DNA of 54,208 nucleotides, filler included, from Diploschistes diacapsis (Eukaryota): assembly GCA_023645945.1 (NCBI GenBank). It is 5 parts of 5 records of this genome, joined end to end, with 100 filler letters (N's around TTAATTAATTAA, not from the genome) between each part and the next. Parts side by side here need not be neighbours in the genome. Positions count along the whole stretch, not along the records: positions 21,739 to 32,498 come from JALAIB010000893.1; positions 32,599 to 43,355 come from JALAIB010000894.1; 3 more parts are not named here. The stretch is one strand, 5' to 3'. Under the pieces are notes generated by a model, which was given only the letters and a program-made list of their open reading frames with translations, was not told the DNA's origin and did no database searches. Position numbers and translations under genes: made by a program. This document shows, one piece after another, positions 21,800-35,631 of the stretch (position 1 is its first letter; each line of letters opens with the position of its first letter).

Positions 21800-24700
21800 G
21801 CGATGATGCCACTCCAAGTAACTGACGGCCTTAATAGCACGGTCAGAGGAGCAGCAATACGTCCGTAGTATTAAACGACAAAGGCATGGATCAAAGCTCG
21901 ACCTTCTAGAAGGTAAGATAGAAGATGTGAAGCGCTGATGGTTGAACAGGCCGAGGAGGCCAAATGTTCCACGCTTAACTTAGGCCGTTGTCGTAGTAGT
22001 TGCAATGTCGAGACGAGTTCGTCGGTTACCTGCGATGATAGATAACCTGCTGGACAAAATTAGATCATGTAACTCCAAAAGTGCAGTGTTTTTATGGCAA
22101 GCTCCACGTGAATCCATGCATTACATGCACACAAATGCTTTCCTGTGAATCAAGCGTGTTTCTCAAGGTCAACTCACCCCCACTGTGCCAACGCGCAAAG
22201 CCACGCCCTGCAATTTCTTCCGTTCTGTGCGTACGGCGGCTGCTAGGGGAACTCGCTATCTTCTTCTCCACGACTGACTTGTCTTGAGGCGCAAAGCGAG
22301 GTGAATTCGTACGTAAGAAGATTTATGTTATGCTGGTCAAAAAGTGAGCCACATAAATCTTGTGCGGGGACAATTGGGATTGTGATGTAAATCTTTAGTA
22401 GTATCCTTTCCTTGTGCCTTTGCGGCGCGCTGCGGATCGCGCCGTTTTCGATGGTACTGCGATCAAACGGCAGCCAGGAGTGTGTGCGGCTCTGTAATGA
22501 GAATTCAACACGGTCGCATAGTAAAGCGGCCAACTCCGTACGTGTTTGCAAGCTTTGATTAGGAATGCCTAACAGAAAAGCGTTGATGGGGTCTATTTCC
22601 TCGACCACCGCGGAAGCTCAGCACGTTCGTGAAAGATTTTAGAGAGCGAAGATGGAGAGTTTGCAGAGCATGCGCCGTACATATCCTTCAGGCCGGTTGG
22701 GTTTGCTTGCTATCTTACAGCTTGTAGGTTTGGTACCACTTGGCAGGCTGAGAGCACCGTTCAGCGAATGCATCTGCGTCTTTGGCCATTCCACCCTTGT
22801 GCCCATCATGACCCACGGATGGCAACAGGCAAATCATTCTCGTGGTCTGGCCAATGAACCGCCGGCGTCGAAGGAGGGCAGGTGCTTGTAGCACTGGGTG
22901 GGTGAGTGGGGGGACTAAGGGATCTTCTTCGAGAGGTGTGTGAGGAAGAGTTGTGGTGCGACAAGACCCATTTGCCCATCCATTCCAAAGGCTCAGGCCC
23001 CAGTGGCTTGGTATGCGCTTGTGGAAGAACCGGCAGCCACTGACAACGGTCACCCGAGGATTGTTGTCGCGCCACTTTTCCATCCCCCTATTATCTGTAA
23101 AATGAAAGCTAAACCCACCTTCAACATCTTTACGGGTGTAAGCGGCAAACAATAAGTAATGATGACAATAGCGGACTTTCGGCGATAATCCATGGCTCTG
23201 TCAGTTCGTCCTGTCCCCCCTCTCGGTCTTTGTTATGCTTGCCTAGGGAAACATTGCCTAAGGGCGCAATGCATTAACAATTGATGACAGGGAAAGTGTA
23301 CATTAGTTTTCTAAGTCGAGATCATGATGGCGTGTTACTGTACAATCTTGACTTTCCGGGCCCGGAGTTAAGCAAGCCGGTGGCCTTTATTCAGGGGAAG
23401 GGTGAGTGCTTCAGGATACAGGAGGAACTTGTTATCTTGTTGCAGCGCCAGCGTCAGCCCTTCTCGAAAATGTTGTTGCCCCTTACGAGGCATGTAAACA
23501 TGACAGAGTTCATTCGCATTGCTGGCGTCCAGCATGAAGCTCCGCTCCATTCATAGTAGGTAGTTCCGCGAATAATCTTGTCAGCGCTTCTCAGTACTAA
23601 ATTGTACTAAAGTGCCGCTAACTATCACGCTCACACCTACGCTAAAGTTAGTAACTTCCATTCGCTCTTCGCTTGCAGCCTTCTAGAAGGTTCCCTCAAA
23701 CCGGGGAACAAGCCTCGCATTCCTATCCTGTGTCACTTGAGATGCCTCGCTTGATCCTGCACCTCATTAGTCCGAATTGCAACCCAGACCGCTTCATTCA
23801 GAGTTGGGTCGAACGAATATAGTTTCGCATGTACCGTTGCTGCTCTTCATCGACCGCCAGGATGTATACACCCCTGCGAAGAACCCCTGGGATAGAGTTG
23901 GAGGTGTACGCTGGACATTGTGGGCTAATAGCCGGTAATTCGCCTCTTGGAGAAGAACATAAACAGGCAGTATTTGTCAATCGTCGTGCGATAAGGAAAA
24001 GATCGGCGAGAAGCACAAGAGCTCAGGCATAAGCCAAAGGTGACAGAATGATAGAGTATCCTCAGCCCATGACATTTACCAGAGTCTCAAAGTAAATTCG
24101 AAAAAGAAAGTGTCAGAAGCTTATATTCCGCCTTGTGATTGGTCAGCTTGCTTGAGCGCTTTTTTATTAGAGCGACGCCTTGACAGGACCCTGCATTACT
24201 TCTGTTGTGGCTGATAGAAATCCAGATCAAATAGTAAGGGACGGCTGACACATTGAACATCCTTCTCCAGACCAAATACGAAGGACTGTGAAGAGCGCGT
24301 CTGTACTTGTTGTTACTGGTATAAATATCTGCTGCCGAGTCGTGTGGCGCGAACATGCGCTGTAGTCGAATACAGTGGTGGTATATCTAGTACAGAGAAT
24401 GTCCACGGGCGTTCTCGGCATATTTGTACCTTGCATCATCCCAATACCTATACGGCTAATAAGGGAAGGGTTTATATTGACAGAAGTTGGTAAAAGTCAG
24501 CGCGACTATGCTGTGCGGAGGATATGTAGTTTCGATCATTGTGACAATACTGGAGATTTCGCAATGTGAAGCTTCAGTCAACGCATTCTCTCCCTCCTAG
24601 CTCCTGGACGACGCGGTGTCGCGGTCATAATATGTCACGAGGGAGAAAGCCTAACAACCGTCTCAGCCTCTTCTTGATGATGTTCACCGATGTCGATACT

Positions 24701-25500
24701 AGGAACACCCGAAGTGGTCGAGCTCCGACAAGGAGCAAGCGCAAGAGCGGCAACCTCCACCATTCTTAGAGCGTCAAATGATGACATCTCCAGCACTCGC
24801 CAAAGAGATCGACGAGTAAAACCTACTCTAGCTATCAAGGCAAAGCTTGAGGATGTCAGATGCCGTTCGTAAAGGGCTGTTGCAGGTTGTGTAGCCAGCA
24901 GCATTAGATGGCGATTCGAAAACAAAATTAGTAGCCATAGACAGGTCGATATGCAGATCCGAAAGCAGAGTCCAACGCGAATCCTCCGAACGGGAATTTG
25001 GAAGCAGTGTTTTCTTTGTCACAATGAATTATGCGTGGCAAATATGACAGTGTATCTCTTTATGCTCAGCGAGCATTAATTTAGTCGCGCAATTGAACCG
25101 AGGGTAGAATGAAAGTGTTATAGAGACCTGCCTCGTGCATGGAATTTGTAAGCTTGACGGCGGTCGATGGGTTAGCGTACCTGAATCGTGTTTGTAGAAA
25201 CCGAGGTCAAGATCCTCTTGATACGCCAACAGTTGGACTGCGATGGAAAGTCGTAGAAGAATGCATATACAGGGATAGTCCAAGAAACCGTGTTCCTTAC
25301 CTTGTAGGCATCGGTGGCTCCGAAGGATTCAGGGACTAGCGCAGCTATATCGATATCCATATTCTCCATACTCGGGATTGCAGCCTTTGTCATGGGTGTC
25401 ATGGGTAAGACAATACAGATCAGGTTGCCTGTTGAACCACTCAGAATAGGATATTCCAAGGGAGGCGATGGACGCGAGCAAATCTAGGTCCAAGGCTATC
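21800..25500 (-). pseudogene. Probable decayed large protein-coding gene, family not recognised
   Basis: About 50% GC with protein-like minus-strand fragments in changing frames (VEEIDPINAFLLGIP...; GVYILAVDEEQQR; LYSFDPTLNEAVWVAIR; DIDIAALVPESFG) but no long ORF. Confidence 0.25.
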
Positions 25501-26420
25501 ATGTACAAAGGTACTTGATGTAGCTACGAGGAGGTCTTCTAAAGCATGGTGTAGGCTCCAGTTCCCTCAGAGGGACAAGCGTGTTTCACTCAAGTTTCGA
25601 CCACCATGGACAGGACCTGTGCTGACGGATAAATGTTAAAGCGGTCGGAGCCCACCGAAAAGCATCCATTGGCTGTGACCGTGGTTGAAAAGGAGGCTTT
25701 TATGTTGGTGCGGCACATAAATGAATGTGACGCTTTCGATCGCCATTTTCAAAGCCCTTCGTACGTTGTACGGACGTACGGACGTATGTGTTCACGTTCC
25801 TTGCAATTGACGAGCCGAGGACAGATTCCAGGCAACTTCAAGTAAGGAACCGAATGATAAATGACTTGATCTTCGTGCTTCGACAAAACAACGTCGGCAG
25901 GTTCCGCTGCTAAACAACCGAAGAAGGTCAGAACTTTGTAGTCGCACTATAGTATATAGGCAATGTAGGAGATGCTACCTGTGTTATTTTCGGAGGAAGA
26001 AGATTGTACCGAGGAAGAATTTTGTTGCTGGTTCCTAAGACTGGCTATTCTTCTTACAACCTCATGGCGAAACGAACCAAGAATGTGATGGATACATGAT
26101 GCAGGATGCAGGATGCAAAATGCAAAATGCAAAGTTAAGATTCGCTTTTGTGGGCGCTGAAGTTTCAGCCGAATAGGGCTGTACCGAACTAAATCTCATG
26201 CTATTCTCCTTGAAGCTAGACTTTGTTTAAGCGAGTCTTGCTTGCCAAAAGCTTGAAATTCTGGTGTGATTGCGGAAAAGTCGTGTCCGTCCGGTATGTG
26301 CAGGACCAGGCAATAGACTTCAATTGTGAATTGAGAAAAAAACTGCAGAGCTTGGTTGACATCTCAGATTTATTAGAGTTCCCTTTCAACCTCAATTTTA
26401 GGTCTATCATCTTGCCCGCC

Positions 26421-28071
<1,651 letters not shown>

Positions 28072-28351
28072 AAGAGTCTGCCAGATGCTAGAAGTGCGGA
28101 TCATGCTTTTATTGGCGTTGACTGGAGCGAGTTGGGGCAAAAATCGTCACCAAGCATTGATAGAATATACAAGGAGGACAAATAGCTAGCAAGACAAGGC
28201 CGCGTGCAAACTTCGCTGTTTTCCCGAAGAGTTATTCATCCTATATGCTAAAACGTCTCATAGTGCTGTATCCATTCCAGTTTATGTATCCACCGAACGC
28301 CAACGCTAAATGTGGCAATAAGATCCATGCCAGTTATGTCTACATGACCAA

Positions 28352-30130
28352 TTATAATTCATCTATCCTATACTGCCGTGAGGGAGGCGTTGCCCACTCA
28401 TATGCTATATGAGGGGCCGGCAGTCCAAGCCAGAACGTCCAAACCCGGCTGAACTCTTGCACTACTATCAGCAAGACCTTCTTTGGCAGGCCCCACCATT
28501 CTTTCAATATGAGTTTGAATGTTCGCCAAATCAGGTCAAGTTCTTCCCACGCCTCGTCCACAGGGTCGTCTTCCGGTTGTGGGCTGGTTTTATTCAGAGG
28601 CTGGTTCCAGTCTTCGAGATCATCGTGGCCCGTCTCCTTGTCAGAGAAGATTGTAGGAGCGCTAAGCCAAGAGTCTGCCGTTGGTGATTTCGCATCCTTC
28701 AAGCTATCCCTAAAATTTGTCAGGGCCGTTATGCTGTTGCTGATTCGGCCCAGAGTGTTGACTAGGGCAACGAGCTCCGTGCGTTTGAGATAGAACTCCT
28801 TGCCAGGTTCATATTCGAAGAGAACCTTCAGAGCCGCTCCGTAGCCAGCTGTCTGCAGCTTACCCCACAGCCGGCATTTGTCGCAGCCAACGCAGTCCAT
28901 TAGGCGGCTTACGTTCCTGAAACGCTGGCGGAAGTCTTCTTTGAGTTGGACACCAAACGCTCCGTCTTGGAACATCTTCGACTCGTCGAACAGAACTGGA
29001 ACATCTGCTGCCTTGGCCGCAAGATCCAGAACTTTGTTCTTGGTTGTTCTATCCTGGAAAGGATCCCCAGAGCAGAAGGTGTAGTTCTGCAGGTACCCTT
29101 GTAGCTTGCCGATGGCTCTCAAAACAAGGGCGTAATTGAAGTATAGGTTCGAGACCCGATCCGGGTGTTTGGCGAGGCGTTCCTCGTAACATGCTTGGTT
29201 CGGGCCCCACTTTCCAGTCTTTTGGTCGAGGTAGTCATAGCATAGATGTGCAGATATGGAAGCGTGCATGCCCGAGATAACGCGATAAAATACACGCTTC
29301 TCTAAGCAGGTATCGTCAGGAAGGAGTTCCTTCCCATTCGAGTGAGCTTGCATCACAGAGCGCAAGTCGTCGGCTGCCTTGAACATCTTCGGACCGGCTA
29401 TGGAGGTTTTTGTGTCTGGTGTTTCTTGCGCCGTCGGCTTCGAGAAACAATTTTCTCGGTAGATGGCGTCCCACACCATATGCGGTCCCTCACCAGCATA
29501 ACCAGTAAACTTCTCCGGGTTGTCTAGAAGACTGACATAGTCGCCCTTTGCCGTTGCGCTCTGGTCCTCCGGTATGCAATAATCGCGCTCATCGAACTCG
29601 TCGTCGTATTCCACCACACAGCTTTCGCCGACATGGTCTCCTAGATTGCCCTGTAACGGACGGAAGGCGCCCCTCTCTTGCTGCTGTTGCCTGCCTGGAT
29701 GCTCGGCTCTGGGACCTTCCAGTTTGCTCAGCTCATGAGCCCGCCATACCTGTGGTATGTCCTCCTCATCATCCAGTGTGCTGACGGCACATGCGATATT
29801 GCCACATAACGAGGTCTGGTCGTCCCAGAACGGGCACTGTCTGCTATATAGGTTCAGGCGGTAGTAGCCGAAGAAGTCGGTGGTATGGGTAACCGTCCTT
29901 AGAGCGGGTTCGATCTGGTCGTTAAGATACTCCAGAGTACCGAACGAAGCGCAAGCATCCGAGACGATAGTTTTTGGCTCGAGCTGCTGGTGGTTAGCGT
30001 AGCCGATCACTTCAGGACTGCCAAAACGAACGGCGCAGGAATCAGGCTCCGAGGCCAGGTCAGGTTCCGCCAAGGAATGTCGAAACAGGGAGAAGAAAGC
30101 GAGGTAGAATATTCGCACCGCGCTTCGCAT
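28352..30130 (-). CDS. ERO1: ER oxidoreductin 1
   Basis: Signal peptide; RLNLYSRQCPFW, CGNIACAV, SGMHASISAHLC, MDCVGCDKCRLWGKLQ (CxxCxxC); C-terminus RIDEL. A 48-nt in-frame intron (29984-30031) is included in the ORF-track translation. Confidence 0.96.
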   Translation of the reverse strand: MRSAVRIFYLAFFSLFRHSLAEPDLASEPDSCAVRFGSPEVIGYANHQQLEPKTIVSDACASFGTLEYLNDQIEPALRTVTHTTDFFGYYRLNLYSRQCPFWDDQTSLCGNIACAVSTLDDEEDIPQVWRAHELSKLEGPRAEHPGRQQQQERGAFRPLQGNLGDHVGESCVVEYDDEFDERDYCIPEDQSATAKGDYVSLLDNPEKFTGYAGEGPHMVWDAIYRENCFSKPTAQETPDTKTSIAGPKMFKAADDLRSVMQAHSNGKELLPDDTCLEKRVFYRVISGMHASISAHLCYDYLDQKTGKWGPNQACYEERLAKHPDRVSNLYFNYALVLRAIGKLQGYLQNYTFCSGDPFQDRTTKNKVLDLAAKAADVPVLFDESKMFQDGAFGVQLKEDFRQRFRNVSRLMDCVGCDKCRLWGKLQTAGYGAALKVLFEYEPGKEFYLKRTELVALVNTLGRISNSITALTNFRDSLKDAKSPTADSWLSAPTIFSDKETGHDDLEDWNQPLNKTSPQPEDDPVDEAWEELDLIWRTFKLILKEWWGLPKKVLLIVVQEFSRVWTFWLGLPAPHIAYEWATPPSRQYRIDEL

Positions 30131-32160
30131 GTTGATGTCTTTCTAGGGAAAGTATCTGGCGCAGAACGAGTTGAAGTGTGTGCTATTTCTGGGACATAGG
30201 GGACAATGCGGGCCGTATGACTATTAGTAGGGCCATAGTACTCAGTCAGAGCTCAGGTCTACGATAAGAAAGGAAAACGAGTGCACTGTTATAGGAATTT
30301 AGGAAGGAGAGACAACACAGTGCTTAGAAATTGAATGGGGGCTATTACCCAATTGCAATCTGGCCGTTGGTTTCAACAAAGTAGCCATTTCAGGATTTGC
30401 CTCTTGCGTACTTTTTGGAATATCAATTCTCCCGTGCCGAAATGCTGCTGGAAACTATAAATATATCTATCCAAGAATTTCCCTCTTTCAAGTCGAACCT
30501 TTAATTGATTGAGGCAAAAGATGAAGTATACTTGCATGTACGGTTCACTGCTGTAAATTTGCTGATGGACTCTGATATATTGCTTTGCTGCTTTGATCTA
30601 CCTGGTATCTTGAAGGTTAAGCCCTCACTGCTTCAAATGTACCGGTCATTCTGGTTTGCAACGATCACGCTATCATTCCTTTATTGTTGAACTCTTCCCT
30701 TGATTACTACCTTTTATTGTCCATCCTCGCTTCTGTCATACCTTGCACTACCATCCGTCCTCTTCTTTTTTTCTCCAGCAAGATGACAGTTGGCGCTCTT
30801 CGCGCGTTCCGGGCCTCACGACTCGTAAAATCTGGCAAAGAAGGGAGAACTTGATATGTGCTACATGAAGGTGTGAAGATCGGCAGACCGACACGTACAA
30901 TCGCTATACACGCACGTACCGTCGACCACATATCCACTTGCCGAAAGCGGGATCCGGCTCTACCAGACGTCCCAAGTTGTACTTCTGACTATGCCAGTAA
31001 CGACAATGCTATGCCATCAGTTAGCATATTTATGGATCTGTGATTCGCAATTTTCGCGGGCCACGATCAACTGTCACCCACGGAAAGCTGCAGATTGAGC
31101 ATGGCACGAGCGGGAGGGCGAGAACAGGCATGAATAACTACCATACAGTCCTCCTCATGCCGCTATTCCTGTTTGCCGTCGACTGGCCTTATGAACAATT
31201 CTTAGAGTATATTGACGGGGCGTGGAACAGCCAGTTGCAGAGGAGAGATCTTCCTGGGTGCGTCGTCAAAGAAAGGTATAGCGTCTTATACATACGGCCC
31301 GGTCGTCCTGAGGCCGAGGCAAATGGGAAAAAGTGTAGCCCTTTCACAGGTATGGGGTAAGGAAAGCAAACATCAAATATCGAGATAATGTGGTGAAAGA
31401 TTTCTTACAACCCACAGTTCCGCGTCTTTCTCTACCATTTCTCTACTGCTGATCCGAAGGCTTCTATAGACGTTAGCTAGACACGCTAATATCCTCAATG
31501 GATCCGTGAAGTAGGAATCTCATTGTCATTCACATTGCACTAATGAGCCTTCTGCCTGCAACATGCACAATGTTGACAGCTTATTGAGGAGAAGCCGTGG
31601 AGGATTAGAAGAATTTCTTTCCCTGAAGACCGGCTAGAGTATCTATAGTAGACTGCCTACGTCTGGTATTGAATATCGAATATAGAGGCCGCTAGCAAGA
31701 AGAGTTCAGTTCCAGGTTCATGATTTATTCACAGAGCGAAAAAACCATCATCGCTGCAGCATCGATATTCTAGATCGCAGCTTTGTCGTGTCTTCTAGAT
31801 TTGAGCTGAGGATTCTCAGGACTTGTCCATTACTGTGCAGTGAAAATCATGTATTGTGAATGCGATTGCTGCAGAGACGCGACGCTGTACCTGTAGAGTG
31901 ATGACTACAAACGAGCGTGAACATCTCTAGCTTTGTATAAGAAATATCCCGAATGACAGGACTCGCACGAACGTTGGATGTCCAGTAAAGCTGTTGTTGA
32001 CAGCATTCCATTCAATCAGCACGGTTATACCAGAGATACACGAAACCATTCCGCCTAGACCCCTTTGCTCTCCTCTCCTATCGCACCCAAAAATCAACAA
32101 TCCCTCAAAACCATCTAGATATCCAGAGGTTCAGAACAAGAGTCCTCATAGCTTCCCACC

Positions 32161-32227
32161 ATGTCCAACGTAACGGGCATCGGCGAGGATGGCAATCCGG
32201 TGGTATTCTTCGACATGACGCTTGGCG
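32161..32227 (+). CDS. Cyclophilin-type peptidyl-prolyl isomerase, exon 1 only (CypH/PPIH-like); remainder lost at the contig end
   Basis: MSNVTGIGEDGNPVVFFDMTLGG followed by a GTGAGT donor at 32228; NPVVFFD.TLGG is the cyclophilin N-terminal strand. Confidence 0.8.
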
Positions 32228-32297
32228 GTGAGTATAGAGTTTCTTCCTCAAAACAATAATATCATTAACACTACCTTCTCCTCCGAATTCTTTCTCG

Positions 32298-32409
32298 ATA
32301 CCAGCAAAGTCTCTCCTCTACGCACTTCAGTCTGGACATGCTGCACCTGCGCGTAACCACCACAGGACAGGCAGAAACACCCAAGGAAGAAAGCACAGAG
32401 ACTACATAT
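32298..32409 (+). ncRNA. Candidate intronic structured RNA (H/ACA-like hairpin) in cyclophilin intron 1
   Basis: ANANNA box (ATACCA 32298-32303), perfect 7-bp closing stem AGTCTCT (32308-32314)/AGAGACT (32397-32403), directly followed by ACA (32404-32406); no convincing 5' hairpin. Confidence 0.3.
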
Positions 32410-32498
32410 ATCCACCATTCCCTAATCCCACCGCCCCTCATATACGCGTGGGGAAAAAACACATCACACATCACTCTCCTCCACTTCACCCCCAATTC

Positions 32499-32598
32499 NN
32501 NNNNNNNNNNNNNNNNNNNNNNNNNNNNNNNNNNNNNNNNNNTTAATTAATTAANNNNNNNNNNNNNNNNNNNNNNNNNNNNNNNNNNNNNNNNNNNN
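32499..32598. other. Artificial contig linker
   Basis: 44N-TTAATTAATTAA-44N. Confidence 0.98.
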
Positions 32599-33163
32599 CT
32601 GATTCGAATGGTGATATTTGTTTTAAAGGAGCGTGGGTGTAAAAAAACTTATAATAAACATCACTTGAAAGACCCGCAAAAAGGGCGTAAAGGCTAATGG
32701 TAAAATATATATTTATTTCGGTCACAATAACTGCTCTGAGGAAAGGTAATTTAGGCACTAGTAAGTTATCTGTGGTTAGTCCGCTTTTTCAAATTGATAG
32801 CACTTTCATATGCTTGCAAGCACATGGTGGGTAGTGCCAACATTTTTTATATTGTTCTTTATCTTTCTTTAAGCGGCTTTCAATTCCGCTGGCGGATACA
32901 TAAGAGGGACTAAGAACTAAATCCACAAAGGAAAGCGACGCCAGAGAGATACATATCAGGCGGCTGACAAGCTGCTTGGTCTGTATGTATCCAGGTCTTT
33001 TACTACTATCCCCCCTTCCTAGAATGAATATTTTCTTTAGGGCGGCTGTCTACATCTGCTCGCATTGTTAGTGTGTCTAAGGTCCACAGGAAGCTAGTAG
33101 TGTCAGCCTATTCGAGAAAGCTCCGATCCTGCATCGCGATGCAGCCAACTCTCCCTCAATAAC

Positions 33164-35296
33164 ATGCAAGACCCGTATAACAAAAGGCAATCACTGTGGA
33201 AACTTCGACTCCCAGATCTACATGTCACTCACTACCTCTACGATGGCCTGCCACCGGCGGCTCGTGAGTTACTGTCAAGATCTACGGATGGGTTACAATC
33301 AATAGCAAGAAAGGGAGGCTGTTGGCCACCGCCGTGGCGTGTGCGCAACGCAGTTCACTCAAACAAAGTTTCAAGGACAAAACTCTTGCTAGTGGTGTTA
33401 TGGATTCTCACACTATGGTGGGGAGAAAAGCAGGTCTTCAGGAGACATGTTGCGCGTTGCAGATGGGATCTCTGGGAGCAATGGGTAGGTTTAGTCTGAT
33501 AACCTTTCTGCTTTGGCGCTCACCATCCTTTTTTATAGGGTCCTGAAGCACATCCTCATCATTTAATATTGCTAGCTGATCCTCAGCTTGTTGATCCCCA
33601 CACCTATCCAGGGAGGCCGTGGCCTCTATCCGCCCTTTCAATCCGTCACACCGATCAATACCTGCGCCGCTCTTTCGGCGCGCTCGACATGAGCTTGGAC
33701 CCCGAGACAGTGTTCTTTCTTGGTGATCTCTTTGATGGTGGGCGAGAATGGTCCACTTCGCATAGCAAAAGCTTGGATTCACGATGGCACATGTACAGTC
33801 AAGACTATTGGCTGGGAGAATACGATCGATTTGGCAAAGTCTTTCTGGAACCTTGGAAAGTTGGGACAGCGCTTAAGGGAAATGGCCGGAATCGCAGGCT
33901 GATCGCGAGCCTACCTGGTAACCATGATCTTGGATTTGGAAACGGCATTCGATTACCTGTTCGGCGGAGATTTCATACCTTCTTTGGCCATGGTGATCGG
34001 ATCGATGCCATTGGGAACCACACGTTTGTGTCCATTGATGCAGTCTCTTTGAGTGCTAAGTCCCAAATGCAGCCACTGTTAGAAAGCCCCGATCCGGCAC
34101 TCTGGGAAACGAGCGAAGCGTTTCTGTCGGATCTCGAAACACGCAGAAACGACGTGATTGATCGCGCTTTACGAATCCAGAGAGGTCAGCTGGAAAACGC
34201 TCTACAGAGTCAAGCTGTGCACGAGATTGAGGATGAACCGGATCAACATCAGTGGACCTGGTCCGTCCCAGAGGACAGACCAAAGCTTCCAACTATTGTT
34301 CTATCTCATGTGCCTTTCTATAGGCAGCCGGATAAACCATGCGGGCATTTGCGCGAACGCTGGCCCCCTACGAAAACAGGATCGTCATTTGATCCCGAAT
34401 CGAAAGATCGAGCCAATTCTATACTTGTTGCGTATGGACACCAGTACCAAAATGTTCTCAGCGAGACACTATCTCAAGAGATCATTAGGAAAGTTGGTAA
34501 TGTGAAGTACATCTTCTCTGGTGATGATCACGATTACTGTGATGTCCTTCACATGGATCTCTCAAGCAATGTTGATGGTGTTCCAGAGATCACAGTCAAG
34601 TCCACCTCTTGGGCGATGGGGGTCCGCAAGCCGGGCTTTCTGCTAGTAAGCTTGTGGAACCCAGTCGATGTGGGAAGTCGCCATAGACAGCTCGAAGAAA
34701 GACCTTCCATCCAAACTCACCTTTGTCTTCTACCAGATCAGCTAAGCATTTTCCTTCGATATGCGATGCTTTTGGCTGCCACAATGGTAATATTGGCGAT
34801 TCGCGCATTCGCAATATCTGGAAGGAGTCGGATGCGTGTTGAAGCTTTACTTCCCCTCCCAGTCAGTACTCCAACATTCTCAGTGACGGACAAACCCGCT
34901 CGTGGACGCGCTGATTCTGCATCTTATGTATCGAGTGCCAACTCCAATGACTGCAACGGATTAGCAGTTCGCTCGAACGCTGGACGGTCAAGACCCCTAA
35001 GTCCAGCTTATGGATATGGTTTTACACATGAGGTTGAAACTTCACTGGGGACGGACAATGGATCTCCAACAGACTCATCCTACCTCTCTTCAATACCGGA
35101 GGAGACACAGACACTACAAGAGTCGCGTCCTAGTTCTGCACAGAAAAATAAGGAAGGATCTCCATATCCTCCGAGCTCCCATGGTTTGAAGCCGGTTTCT
35201 CAGAACGGAGTAAGACTATCAGAGTTTCTATTCAGTTTTTTGCAAGTCGGGACCATAGCCATACTATGGTACGGGTGGTTAGCATACTCCATTTGA
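33164..35296 (+). CDS. CDC1: Cdc1-family Mn2+-dependent metallophosphoesterase (GPI remodelling), membrane-anchored
   Basis: Exons 33164-33484 and 33539-35296; motifs LADPQLVDPHTYPGRP, FLGDLFDGGREW, LPGNHDLG, LSHVPFY, FSGDDHDYC, KSTSWAMGVRKPGF; N- and C-terminal TM segments. Confidence 0.92.
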
Positions 35297-35631
35297 AGAC
35301 ATTATATTGTCTTTCCCAATTTCATGTTGGTGTGCACGTCCCACTCCATCCACTTACAGCACGGGAAATTTTTGCATCTCAACATACAAGGCTTTTCATT
35401 CGAAGCATGAGGAGGTGTACCTATGGATGTAGTCTGGATAGAAAACTAAAGTGGACTCTCTAGTGGAGAAACATGACCATAGCCCACTCCGCCATCCAAC
35501 TATTTATATCAAGACTATGAGCTCCAATGTTCTTCGTGCTCCTTTACTCTTCCCTCTCCAGCTCGTTACTGAGGCGTGAAAAGCTCGTTGTCGGTGAAGG
35601 AGTCTGATCAGGCTCTTGGAATATACTCATC

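Noticed and set aside
30200..32100. ORFs between ERO1 and the cyclophilin (e.g. 31040-31360), or a long ncRNA there
   Set aside because: No motifs, no consistent splice model and no template-like sequence found.
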